A DNA stretch of 64,000 nucleotides from Burkholderiales bacterium (GCA_031359975.1 JANMAS010000499.1:3149-67148), one strand, 5' to 3'. Shown: positions 28,290-37,196, counted from the first letter of the stretch. The notes: generated from the sequence alone by a model not told the origin. Translations and numbers: made by a program.

Positions 28290-28625
28290 TCACGCCGCCG
28301 TCAAACCCGCCTGTTCGAGCTGACCACGTCGTGCTCCGGGCATTATCGGGATCCGCCCGAGCATCCCGCCGAGTCCGTGCGATTGAATCTGCGCGCGCAC
28401 ATCGCTTGAGATTGTGAGAGCCGCCATATGTGTCTCGGCAGTATGCCGAAGGTCCCGCATCGAAAACGGCCCGCGCTCAAGCTCGCCAGCGGCCTTCATT
28501 GCCTTCGCGATTTCCGCAACCAACAGCGCCACCGTCTCCTTGCGCAGCGGCACGCGTCCGTGTGTGCTGAAGAGCGGCGACTCGACGCCTTCGGTCTGCG
28601 CCAGGCGTCCGCGTATCACCGGCAT
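28290..28625 (-). pseudogene. Tyrosine recombinase/integrase C-terminal fragment
   Basis: A box II-like segment FSMRDLRHTAETHMAAL...IQSHGL is present. Similarity is lost before the catalytic Tyr, and no N-terminal domains lie upstream. Confidence 0.55.
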
Positions 28626-28824
28626 CAGATCTTCTTGAATGGGCAGTACATGCCGACGTGGATTGGCATGACGATTCCGGCCCTTGGGGTCTAACAGTGT
28701 CGGCGTAGCGCCGGAAACGTCTACAAGTTGCGGTGTCAGGCGCAGCTACTGGGCCAGGCTTGGCAGCCGGTTAGCGCCGGCTGACTTTTTTGCTTTCTGG
28801 TTCGAGCTGGATGTTGGTCTTATT

Positions 28825-28855
28825 TCGTAGACAAAATTGTCACTTTTGTCTACGA
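28825..28855. promoter_or_regulatory. Perfect 12-bp-arm palindrome upstream of hipB (candidate HipB operator)
   Basis: TCGTAGACAAAA-TTGTCAC-TTTTGTCTACGA lies in an AT-rich stretch and ends 12 nt before the hipB ATG. Confidence 0.5.
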
Positions 28856-28866
28856 TTCAATACATC

Positions 28867-29193
28867 ATGATCCGGAGAGACCCAGCGTCTGAACCCTACG
28901 AGGTGACCCAGTTCGTCACCGAGGTCGGCACGCGCATCCGCGTGCTGCGGCTGGCTCGCGGCCTCACTCAAGCCGACCTGGCCGCCAGGGCCGACATCGG
29001 TCGTCTGACACTCATCGCCATCGAGGCTGGCTCATTGTCGACGCGGTTCGCCGATGTCGCCAGGCTGCTCTGGGCGCTCGACGATGTCAGCCTCCAGGCC
29101 GCGCTGGCGTCCGCCGCACAAGACGCCGCTTACCAAGAGGCGGTACGAGCCCACCTGCCTCGGTTCATTCGGCGCACGAAGGAGCCCAAATGA
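28867..29193 (+). CDS. hipB: XRE-family HTH antitoxin (HipB-like)
   Basis: The ATG at 28867 gives the HTH IRVLRLARGLTQADLAARADIGRLTLIAIE. Its stop overlaps the hipA start (ATGA at 29190-29193). Confidence 0.8.
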   Translation: MIRRDPASEPYEVTQFVTEVGTRIRVLRLARGLTQADLAARADIGRLTLIAIEAGSLSTRFADVARLLWALDDVSLQAALASAAQDAAYQEAVRAHLPRFIRRTKEPK

Positions 29194-30449
29194 CAAGGCG
29201 CGCGCCGGTCTTCCGCTGGGTTTTTGACGCCTCGACGCAGAGCCGCTCTCCGGTACAGGTGGGGGAGCTGACTCAGGAAGACAACCGGTGGGAGTTTCTA
29301 TTCGACACCCACTATCTCGCCCGAGGCGCCGACGCCTGGGAACTGGACCCCAAAACCATTCGCATCAAACAGAGGTCGGTGTTCACCAGGGTGGGGGTGG
29401 CGCCTCCGCCTGTATTTTGCGATGTGGCGCTGTCTGGCTGGTCTTTGGACACCCTGCAAAGGCGGTCGTCCAAAATCCTGGGCAAGGGCGTGATCGCCGA
29501 CGGTGAACCCTGGGGTTGGTGGGAGCGGCTCGTTTACGCGCCAGCGGATGGGTTTGGCGCGTTGTTCGTCGGCAACCTGGGCGACAAACCCGGCGTCGAC
29601 ACCGTGCTCCAGGAAGCCTTGGGAAAGGTGACGCAGGCGACTCTTGCACACGCCTCGCTGGAGTCTTCATCCGGGGTCATGGGTGGCGAGCGTCCCAAGT
29701 TCACGGGTTACTTTCAGGATCAGTCGCTGCCGGGTGGGCCGGCTTGGGCGCGCAGACCCGTCTTGCTGAAGTTCCCGCTGCCGTCGGAGCGCCTGGACAG
29801 CGTCGTCGCCGAGGCGACGGCACTGACCATGGCCCAGGGTCTGGGCCTGCGTGTACCTCGGCACCACGTGCAACCGTTCAACGACGTTCCTGCGCTTTGC
29901 ATCGAGCGCTTCGACCGTGGGCCCGGGTTGGTCGGGCCTGTCTATCACTGCGTGAGCGCCGCGACGGCGCTCGACCTGGCGCCGGGAACCGACGTAGGCG
30001 ACCCTCGCCGCAGCTACGTGTCACTGCGGTCCCGGCTCAAACTGCCCGGTGACGCGCAAGAACTCTTCAGGCGCATCGTGCTGAACGCCGTGGTCGGCAA
30101 CACGGACGACCATCCCTGGAACACCAGCCTTCGGCAGGTCGGCCAGGGTAACTGGGCGTTGTCGCCGCTTTACGATGTGCTGCCGTTCTTTCACCGAAAT
30201 GGCTGCCCGGTGTTCAGAATGGCCATCACCCGCACCGGGTTCAGGCGGGCGACGCTTGTCAACCTGGTGGCAGCCGGCAAAGAGATTGCCGGGCTCGATC
30301 AAGGCCAGGTGCGTCAGCTCATCGACGACACCAATACCTACGTGCGAGCTCACTGGCACGCGGCATTCAAGACCCATGGTTTCGGGATTGAAGCAGCCCG
30401 GCCGGATGACTGGGTCGGGGTGTTCGAGCACACCTGGCTCGGGGCGTGA
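29190..30449 (+). CDS. hipA: HipA-family serine/threonine kinase toxin
   Basis: 419 aa. The catalytic motif VVGNTDDHPWN is present, and the N-terminal coupling domain and gene pairing with hipB fit the family. Confidence 0.85.
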   Translation: MTRRAPVFRWVFDASTQSRSPVQVGELTQEDNRWEFLFDTHYLARGADAWELDPKTIRIKQRSVFTRVGVAPPPVFCDVALSGWSLDTLQRRSSKILGKGVIADGEPWGWWERLVYAPADGFGALFVGNLGDKPGVDTVLQEALGKVTQATLAHASLESSSGVMGGERPKFTGYFQDQSLPGGPAWARRPVLLKFPLPSERLDSVVAEATALTMAQGLGLRVPRHHVQPFNDVPALCIERFDRGPGLVGPVYHCVSAATALDLAPGTDVGDPRRSYVSLRSRLKLPGDAQELFRRIVLNAVVGNTDDHPWNTSLRQVGQGNWALSPLYDVLPFFHRNGCPVFRMAITRTGFRRATLVNLVAAGKEIAGLDQGQVRQLIDDTNTYVRAHWHAAFKTHGFGIEAARPDDWVGVFEHTWLGA

Positions 30450-30460
30450 CTGGCCCGTGA

Positions 30461-30976
30461 CTACGCGCGAGACGAGTCGGCTCTTGCCCGTGGGCGCCGC
30501 GGCGCTGGCCCGTTGATGGGTCGGCTGTTGGCTCCGAGAGCGTCTGCCCTGATGTTGTTCGTGCCGGATGCCTTGCCTGCGTTTGCGATGTCCGCCAGCG
30601 TCACGCCGTCGAGCTCGGCAAAGTAGGCTGTCAAGGCCTTGCGAAGCACCTTCTTCAATCGACAAGTCGGCGTCAGCGTGCAGGTATCCGTGGCAGCGTC
30701 GAAGCACTCCACGAGCCGGAAATCGGTTTCCGCATGTCGCAGCACGTCACCGACTCGAATCGCCGATGGCGCCTTCAGCAAGCGCAAGCCGCCGCCGCGG
30801 CCACGGGTGGTTTCCAGCACGCCCTGGCGCCCCAGATCGTTGACGATCTTCATCAGATGGTTCTTCGACACCTGGTGCTGATCGGCCATCTCGGCGATGG
30901 TCACGAGGCGGCCCTGGTTGGCGGCGCAATACATCAACACCCGCAAGGTGTAGTCGGTGTAATCAGACAGTCTCAT
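30461..30976 (-). CDS. nsrR: Rrf2-family NO-responsive repressor (NsrR-like)
   Basis: The ATG at 30976 gives MRLSDYTDYTLRVLMYCA...VSKNHLMKIVNDL. The three-Cys cluster CFDAATDTCTLTPTC is present. It is divergent from nnrS. Confidence 0.85.
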   Translation of the reverse strand: MRLSDYTDYTLRVLMYCAANQGRLVTIAEMADQHQVSKNHLMKIVNDLGRQGVLETTRGRGGGLRLLKAPSAIRVGDVLRHAETDFRLVECFDAATDTCTLTPTCRLKKVLRKALTAYFAELDGVTLADIANAGKASGTNNIRADALGANSRPINGPAPRRPRARADSSRA

Positions 30977-31034
30977 CGGCGAAGCCTCATTCAAAGATGC
31001 ACGTCGCGTATTGCTTTTAATTCAGGCCGTCTAT

Positions 31035-31057
31035 AACATGCATCTGTGATGCATCTT
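31035..31057. promoter_or_regulatory. NsrR-box-like palindrome in the nsrR-nnrS intergenic region
   Basis: AACATGCAT-CTGTG-ATGCATCTT is a near-perfect inverted repeat resembling the AAGATGCAT..ATGCATCTT NsrR consensus. A degenerate second copy (good left half only) lies at 30994-31016. Confidence 0.6.
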
Positions 31058-31105
31058 ATACACCTGATGCGCTCGTCGATCAAACGCGGCCCGGTCATCG
31101 AATCC

Positions 31106-32323
31106 ATGCACTCTCCTTTGCCCCCCATCCTCGCCGCCGCTCCCGCGCCGGCCAGCCTCCAGCCCTTGAAGGGCCTGCCGGTGTTGCGGCTGGGCTTTCG
31201 GCCCTTCTATCTGGGAGCGGCCGCATTTGCGGCGCTGTCCATTGCGCTGTGGGTTGCCGTCGTTCTGGGCAACTTGGCCATGCCCCTGGCCATGCCGCCC
31301 CTGCTCTGGCACGCGCACGAGATGCTGTTCGGTTTTGCCTGCGCGGTCATCGTCGGCTTCCTGTTGACAGCCGGCAAGGCATGGACGGGCCTGCACACGC
31401 CACGGGGCCCCACCTTGGCGGCGTTGGCGCTGCTCTGGCTGGCGGCACGCGCAGCGGCGCTGGTGGCGCCGTATCCGCTGTACGCGGCGTTGGACATGCT
31501 GCTGCTGCCTTGGGTAGCAGGGCTGCTGATCGCGATTCTTCTGCGTGCGGGCAACCGTCGCAACCTGCCGTTGGCGGGCATCCTTCTTTTGCTCGCCGGG
31601 GCCAACGCCGTTTTCCACCTGGCATCGCTGGGCCTGGTCGATGTGACGCCGATGTCCGCGCTGCATGCGGGCCTTGCACTGATCATCATGATCGAAAGCG
31701 TGATCGGCGGTCGCGTCATCCCGGCCTTCACGCTCGGCGCCACACCCGGCCTGAAGCTGCGCTTGCAACCCAGACTGGAGCTACCCACCCTGGCGCTGAC
31801 AGCGATCGCACTGGCCTGCTGGGTGTTGGCGCTGCCGGGGCCACTCCCACCGGTCGCGCTCGGTATCGCCGCGGCCCTGCAGTTGCATCGGCTCTTGAGC
31901 TGGCAACCGTTCGTCACGCGCGGGCGCCCGATCCTGTGGGTGCTGCACGCCGCCTATGCATGGATTCCGATTGGTCTCGCCCTACTGTGTCTGGCGGAGC
32001 TGGGGGTGCTGAGCGTGTCGGCGGGTGTCCATGCGCTCGCGGTGGGCGCCACCGGCGGACTGATCATCGGCATGATCACCCGCACCGCGCGCGGCCATAC
32101 CGGCCGGCCGCTACGAGCCTCCAAGGCAGAGATCGCCGCCTACGGGCTGGTGCTGGCGGCTGCGCTCTTGCGCGCGCTCGTGCCGCTGGTCGTACCGCAC
32201 AGCCTGCCGTACGCCGTGCCTCTGATCGCCGCGGCCATCGCCTGGTGCGGCGCATTCGCCATCTACCTGTGGGTGTTCACACCTTGGCTGGTGAGTTCAC
32301 GGCTGGATGGCATGGACGGGTGA
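31106..32323 (+). CDS. nnrS: NnrS-family heme-copper membrane protein (NO stress response)
   Basis: The ATG at 31106 is preferred because the track start at 31046 falls inside the operator. The sequence FRPFYLGAAAFAALSI...WHAHEMLFGF is typical of NnrS, and the protein has multiple TM helices. Confidence 0.85.
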   Translation: MHSPLPPILAAAPAPASLQPLKGLPVLRLGFRPFYLGAAAFAALSIALWVAVVLGNLAMPLAMPPLLWHAHEMLFGFACAVIVGFLLTAGKAWTGLHTPRGPTLAALALLWLAARAAALVAPYPLYAALDMLLLPWVAGLLIAILLRAGNRRNLPLAGILLLLAGANAVFHLASLGLVDVTPMSALHAGLALIIMIESVIGGRVIPAFTLGATPGLKLRLQPRLELPTLALTAIALACWVLALPGPLPPVALGIAAALQLHRLLSWQPFVTRGRPILWVLHAAYAWIPIGLALLCLAELGVLSVSAGVHALAVGATGGLIIGMITRTARGHTGRPLRASKAEIAAYGLVLAAALLRALVPLVVPHSLPYAVPLIAAAIAWCGAFAIYLWVFTPWLVSSRLDGMDG

Positions 32324-32438
32324 GCGGCCAGTCGGTGGTACAACCTCGGCTGGCATGCGCCCGGGTGGGTGTGTGGTCGCTTGACCGCGCATTCAACCAG
32401 GGCGACCGTGCCGCTGTTCAACCCAACACGAGACAATC

Positions 32439-32582
32439 ATGAGCGCAGACAGAGACCGCGGTATCCGGAGACAAAAACAAAAGAGTGCGAAGGCAAGAAA
32501 GAAACTCGCCAGGCAGCAGTACAAGGTGGCCGATGCCCCGCGTGCCGCGTCGGCAAGCCCCTCGGAGCAGCCAGCCGCCTAG
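32439..32582 (+). CDS. Possible 47-aa highly basic small protein
   Basis: An ATG-to-TAG ORF encodes MSADRDRGIRRQKQKSAKARKKLARQQYKVADAPRAASASPSEQPAA in a locally lower-GC patch. The SD is weak. It falls below the ORF-track length cut-off. Confidence 0.25.
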   Translation: MSADRDRGIRRQKQKSAKARKKLARQQYKVADAPRAASASPSEQPAA

Positions 32583-32671
32583 GGCCGGTTCATCGGGCTC
32601 GCCGCCCTGCTGCGGGGCGCGCTCCCGCCAGTTCGTCGCCATCCCCACGCCATCCCAACCCGTGAGGCTTC

Positions 32672-33097
32672 ATGATGATCACGCCCCGTCACACGGCCGC
32701 CCGGCTTGTCGTCTCTGCAGGTCTGGCGCTGGCCGCCAGCGCGTCGCCCGCCATCACCGGCGGCAGCGTGCACCCAGGCTTCATCGGTGAGTGGGTGTCG
32801 GTCTCGGCGGCTTGCACATCGCCGCTGAGGGTGGTGATCGACGCCAGCAGCGTCACCTTCGTCAATGGCCCGGCCCGGGCCGACTATCGCAAGCTCGAAC
32901 AGTGCTTCAGCTGCGCCGGCCACGACGTGCAAGGCGTCACCATGCTGTCGACCGACGCGATGGGGGATTCGCCTTTCATGATCACGCTCGACGAATCGAA
33001 AAAGGGCCGCAAATCGATGTCGGTCGATCTCAGCAACGACCAACATCTCGCCGCCCGCTTCCCGTTTGGCAAGGCCGGGCTGAAGCGCTGCGGCTGA
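32672..33097 (+). CDS. Hypothetical secreted protein
   Basis: 141-aa ORF with a signal-like N-terminus (ARLVVSAGLALAASASPA). No family was recognised. Confidence 0.5.
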   Translation: MMITPRHTAARLVVSAGLALAASASPAITGGSVHPGFIGEWVSVSAACTSPLRVVIDASSVTFVNGPARADYRKLEQCFSCAGHDVQGVTMLSTDAMGDSPFMITLDESKKGRKSMSVDLSNDQHLAARFPFGKAGLKRCG

Positions 33098-33106
33098 ACG
33101 CGGGGC

Positions 33107-33439
33107 TCAGGGCGGAGCGGCGGCATCCGTGCCAAACGCCGGCGCATCCCAATCGAGCAACTCCGCCAGGCGGCGAATTACCCACTGGGCTTCGGCCGTG
33201 TTGACCACGGAATCGTCGATCAGCAGCCCGTGGTGGATTCGCGCCAACACATCGGTCTGCGCGATACCCAGCTCCCACAGCCTGTCGTGGGCGGTTTCGG
33301 TGAGCATCGTGGCCAGGTCTTCGCACAGGCCGTAACGCGCGGCGATCTCCGAGCGTGGCGCCTGCGGCCGTGTGCGGCCCGGCGCGACGAACAACGCCAC
33401 GAACGACGGTGGAATTTCGATCTGGTTGTCGTCGGACAT
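33107..33439 (-). CDS. Hypothetical 110-aa protein downstream of the carboxylesterase
   Basis: The ATG at 33439 lies 27 nt after the esterase stop on the same strand. No family was recognised. Confidence 0.45.
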   Translation of the reverse strand: MSDDNQIEIPPSFVALFVAPGRTRPQAPRSEIAARYGLCEDLATMLTETAHDRLWELGIAQTDVLARIHHGLLIDDSVVNTAEAQWVIRRLAELLDWDAPAFGTDAAAPP

Positions 33440-33465
33440 GCCGGCATTGTCGTCGTGCCCGCCGG

Positions 33466-35007
33466 CTAGCGCCCCGCGGGCTGCACCGTCTGCACCAGCC
33501 TCAGCGCGCCGATGAACGCGTTCAGCCGATCGCGCATGAACGCCGGCTGCAGTGATTCGTCGCTGCCCCATGCCAGCACCTGGGCACGCCAAAGGCCATC
33601 CGCCGGCCAGGCGGGCGAGCCAGGCACGTCGGGCTTGCCGCCGCGTGCAAATGCCACCCAGCGCTGCAACAGGCGTTCGCGCAAGGCGATATCCGCGCGG
33701 GTGAGCGGCGCACCCAGGCATTGGCACACATCGTCGGTGCCAAACACCGCCGTCACCTCGGCGCCATGCGCGGCACCCGGCGCATCGGCGCGGGCACCGC
33801 CGGGCACGTTGTCGAAGTAGTAGCGCCAGGTCGGCGCACGCTTGGCATGCAGCACCGCCAAGCGCCGCGCGAAGGTGGTGAACACCACATCGCGCACCAC
33901 CTGGCGCCCCAGTTCGGCGTCGTCGGTCACGCCGGGATACAGCGGCCCGACCAGGATGCGCGCGGCGCCGAGGCGCTTGACCAGCGCCTGCGGTTGCAGG
34001 CCGAAGGCCAGCGCCACGCTGGCGTCGTCGCTGTTGCTGCCGATGATCAGCGGTACCGCCGCCTGGCGACCGTCGCGAAACGCATCGAGCAGCGGCCTGG
34101 GCATCGCGGCATCGCCGACGATCAGGCTGGGCGCCAGCGACAGCCCATCGCCCTGGAGTTGGGCCAGTTGCTGTGCCGGCACGTCGCGCAACTGCACCAT
34201 GGTTGCCTTGGCGCCCGGCAAGCCCACCGCATCGGCCACGCGAATGCCGGTGGCGCGGGCCTGATCGCGGCTGTGGCTCGGCACGCCGTAGGGGCTCTGT
34301 GCGATGGCCTGCTGGAACAGACCACGCGCCGGCGGCGAGGCCATCAGCGCCAGCACGCTCTGTGCACCGGCGCTCTGCCCGAACACGGTAACCCGGCGCG
34401 CATCACCGCCGAAGGCCGCGATATTGCGCCGCACCCACTGCAGCGCGGCGATCTGATCGAGCAGGCCGAAATTGGCCGGCCCGCCCGCCGCTTCGCGGTC
34501 GAGCGCCGGATGCACGAAGTACCCCAGCGGCCCGAGCCGGTAGTTGATCGTCACCACCACCACGCCGCGCCGCGCCAGCGCGCCGCCGTCGTAGATCGGC
34601 AGATTACCCGCGCCGAAGATCAGTGCGCCGCCGTGCAGCCACACCATCACCGGCAGCGAAGCCTGGGCATCGACTTGCGGCGTCCACACATTGAGCGTGA
34701 GGCAATCTTCGCCCAGCGGGCCGGGATCGCCGCCCGCCTTGAGCGACAAGCCGGGCATCTGCATGCACGCGCGGCCGAACTCGCTCGCATCGCGGGTGCC
34801 CTGCCAGCCAGGCGCCGGCTGCGGCGCGCGCCAGCGCGACGGGCCGACTGGCGGTGCGGCGTACGGCAGGCCCTTGAACACCGCCACATCCTGCACCTGC
34901 ACACCCTCGACGCGGCCTTCAGGTGTGGGCACCAGCGGCCCGGCCAAGGCACGGCCCGCGAGAGCGACCAGCATCACGAACAGCGTGGCGAGGCATGGCA
35001 GCGGCAT
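33466..35007 (-). CDS. Type-B carboxylesterase/lipase family protein, secreted
   Basis: 513 aa with a signal peptide. The oxyanion region is VWLHGGALIFGAG and the nucleophile elbow is FGQSAGA. Confidence 0.85.
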   Translation of the reverse strand: MPLPCLATLFVMLVALAGRALAGPLVPTPEGRVEGVQVQDVAVFKGLPYAAPPVGPSRWRAPQPAPGWQGTRDASEFGRACMQMPGLSLKAGGDPGPLGEDCLTLNVWTPQVDAQASLPVMVWLHGGALIFGAGNLPIYDGGALARRGVVVVTINYRLGPLGYFVHPALDREAAGGPANFGLLDQIAALQWVRRNIAAFGGDARRVTVFGQSAGAQSVLALMASPPARGLFQQAIAQSPYGVPSHSRDQARATGIRVADAVGLPGAKATMVQLRDVPAQQLAQLQGDGLSLAPSLIVGDAAMPRPLLDAFRDGRQAAVPLIIGSNSDDASVALAFGLQPQALVKRLGAARILVGPLYPGVTDDAELGRQVVRDVVFTTFARRLAVLHAKRAPTWRYYFDNVPGGARADAPGAAHGAEVTAVFGTDDVCQCLGAPLTRADIALRERLLQRWVAFARGGKPDVPGSPAWPADGLWRAQVLAWGSDESLQPAFMRDRLNAFIGALRLVQTVQPAGR

Positions 35008-35252
35008 CGGTCAACTCCCGCGCGGCAACAGCAGCCGCGCCGGGCAGTCTACGGCACGCGTCGGCCATCCCGCCCCCACCCACCCCCGACCGCGGGCGCG
35101 CCATCGGCTCGTGTGGCCATGTTGGCGCACCGCTGCTGTTCGGCCTGCGGCCGCATCTGCAGCAATGGCTGTGTGGGGCCTGGAATTCCTGCGCGAGTGC
35201 ACGCCGCGCCGCGCGTGCAACCCGGCGCGCGCTTCGCTATGCTGTGCAGACG

Positions 35253-36284
35253 ATGTCGCCAGCGCACCGCCCCCCGCCAGCCCTGCCGCTTCCATCCGCA
35301 GGCCGGCAACTCCTGCGTTGGGCGGTGCCCTTGGTGGCGATGTTGCTGGCCACGCTGTGCGCCTGGCTGACGTGGGTGGTGCCGCAGTCGCGCCCCGTCC
35401 CCGCCGGCATCACCACGCGTGCCGCGCCAAAACCCGCCACGCCGCCGGCCCTTGCCGCCTCGGAAATCGCCGCTGCCAATCTGGCCGCACCGCAGCCCGC
35501 CGGGCGCCAGCCATCGGCCATCTGGCGCGGTGCCGCCCTGGCGATGCGATACCAATCGGCCACCGATCTGCGCGCCTTCGTGGCCGAGGCGCGCCGCCGT
35601 CCCGCCGCCGGCGGCGGCTTTTATGCGATGCGCGCGCTGGCCGAGTGCCGCCAGCAAACGATGGATGTCGGCGGTGCCACCGAGGCCGACGCCGAGATGG
35701 CCGCAGCCACCCATGCCGACCTGCATCGCCGCGGCGAACGCCTGGATCGCTCGGCGCGCCGCTGTGCGGCCTTCGTGCCCGGCGAGCTCGACGACGACGC
35801 GGTGGCCGAACTGCAAAGCCAGCTCACCCGCGCCGGGGACCCCCTCCTGAAGGCTTATGACGACTGGCTGCAGGCCATCGAATCGGTCGACTACTCACGC
35901 ATGGAAACGGCGCTGGCGCGTGTGTTCGCGCTCAACGATCCGCTGCTCATCGAGTGGGTGGGCATCACGGGCGCCGACTACTGGTCGGCCGCGCACGCCG
36001 ATGCGGCGCCGATGGACGAGGCCGCGCACAAGTTGCAGCTCGATGCCTGGCGGCTGCTGCCCTGCGCGCTGGGTGCGGATTGCCAGCGCGGCGATCTGCA
36101 AACCGACGCCGCCTGTGCCGACGCCGGCCAGTGCGCGGTGGATCGCTGGGAAGCCGTGTTCCGCAGCGGCGGCTGGGATACGCCCCAAGCCCAGCAGGCA
36201 CTCACCACGGAGGTCTCGCGGCTCGCTCAGGCGGTGCGGGAACGCGATGTGCGAGGCGTGCTCGGTCGACCCGGCACGCCCTGA
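35253..36284 (+). CDS. Hypothetical membrane-anchored protein
   Basis: The internal ATG at 35253 gives one N-terminal TM helix (LLRWAVPLVAMLLATLCAWLTWVV). No family was recognised. Confidence 0.45.
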   Translation: MSPAHRPPPALPLPSAGRQLLRWAVPLVAMLLATLCAWLTWVVPQSRPVPAGITTRAAPKPATPPALAASEIAAANLAAPQPAGRQPSAIWRGAALAMRYQSATDLRAFVAEARRRPAAGGGFYAMRALAECRQQTMDVGGATEADAEMAAATHADLHRRGERLDRSARRCAAFVPGELDDDAVAELQSQLTRAGDPLLKAYDDWLQAIESVDYSRMETALARVFALNDPLLIEWVGITGADYWSAAHADAAPMDEAAHKLQLDAWRLLPCALGADCQRGDLQTDAACADAGQCAVDRWEAVFRSGGWDTPQAQQALTTEVSRLAQAVRERDVRGVLGRPGTP

Positions 36285-36298
36285 TCACACGATCGGCT

Positions 36299-37027
36299 TC
36301 AGCCGCCGACGGTCTCGCTGCGGATCAGCCATTTGCCCGAGGCGTCGCGGCCCAGCTCCAGGATTTTCTGGTCGGTGGACTTGAGAATGTCCGACGCATA
36401 CGACTGCTGAAAGCGCGCAAACGCCCGATCGCCGTCGATCCGGATCGACACGTCCGCCAGACTCACCTCGATGCGCTTGCGCGGCACGATGCGGCTGCGA
36501 CGTTCTTTCTCCCACGCCTTGTGTGAGGCTCGCGCACCGCTGAATTCGGGCGCGTAGGCCGCCACATAGGCCGGCAGATCGCGACGCGACCAGGCGGCGG
36601 CCCAGGCCTGCACGGCAGCCTCCACGTCGGCGATGCGCTTGTCCACCACCGGCGCGGGCGCCGGGGCCGCCTTCATCGGCGCGGGAGCGGCAGCCACGAC
36701 CGGCGCCACCGGCGCGGCAGCCACGTTCGATTTCAGCTCGAATTGCACTTTCGAAGGCACCACCAGTTGCGCATCCAGTGGCGTGCGCTCGGGAAACACC
36801 ATCGTCTGACCGTCGAAGCCATCGCGGCTCGCGACAAAGGTGTAGGTGCTCCACCAACCGAACTGGTCGGACACGCCATAGGTGAAGGGGGTTTTGCCGA
36901 TGACCTTGTCAAGGTATTTGACGTCGGCGCCAGGAGGCGAAGAGGTGAACTCAACCATCGTGGTGCACGCACTCAACAGGCCACCCGCCGCAATCGCGAA
37001 CACACTGCCGTATCTGCTCAGGCTCAT
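36299..37027 (-). CDS. Lipoprotein with a PEGA-like domain and an NTF2/SnoaL-like C-terminal domain
   Basis: The ATG at 37027 gives a lipobox LLSAC. A PEGA-like SSPPGADVKYLDKVIGKTPF and an Ala/Pro linker follow. The C-terminal domain reads VQAWAAAWSRRDLPAYVAAY. Confidence 0.6.
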   Translation of the reverse strand: MSLSRYGSVFAIAAGGLLSACTTMVEFTSSPPGADVKYLDKVIGKTPFTYGVSDQFGWWSTYTFVASRDGFDGQTMVFPERTPLDAQLVVPSKVQFELKSNVAAAPVAPVVAAAPAPMKAAPAPAPVVDKRIADVEAAVQAWAAAWSRRDLPAYVAAYAPEFSGARASHKAWEKERRSRIVPRKRIEVSLADVSIRIDGDRAFARFQQSYASDILKSTDQKILELGRDASGKWLIRSETVGG

Positions 37028-37196
37028 GAATCGTTTTCCTTGTTTTGTCTGTTGTTGGTTTTGCAGAGCTGTCGTCGTGCAGCCCTGGCGAATCGAACCA
37101 GAGCGAGGGGCTCCGCAATCCGATGCACTAATTGTTTCACAAGCAATAACCCGGCCCGGGCCCTGAGCCCGGGCCCGGACGGGCTTGCCGATGCCT

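Noticed and set aside
28797-28806. CTGGTTCGAG, a 10-nt match to the tRNA-Asn T-arm, as a possible att repeat
   Set aside because: It is too short and lacks the tRNA 3' acceptor end, so chance can explain it.
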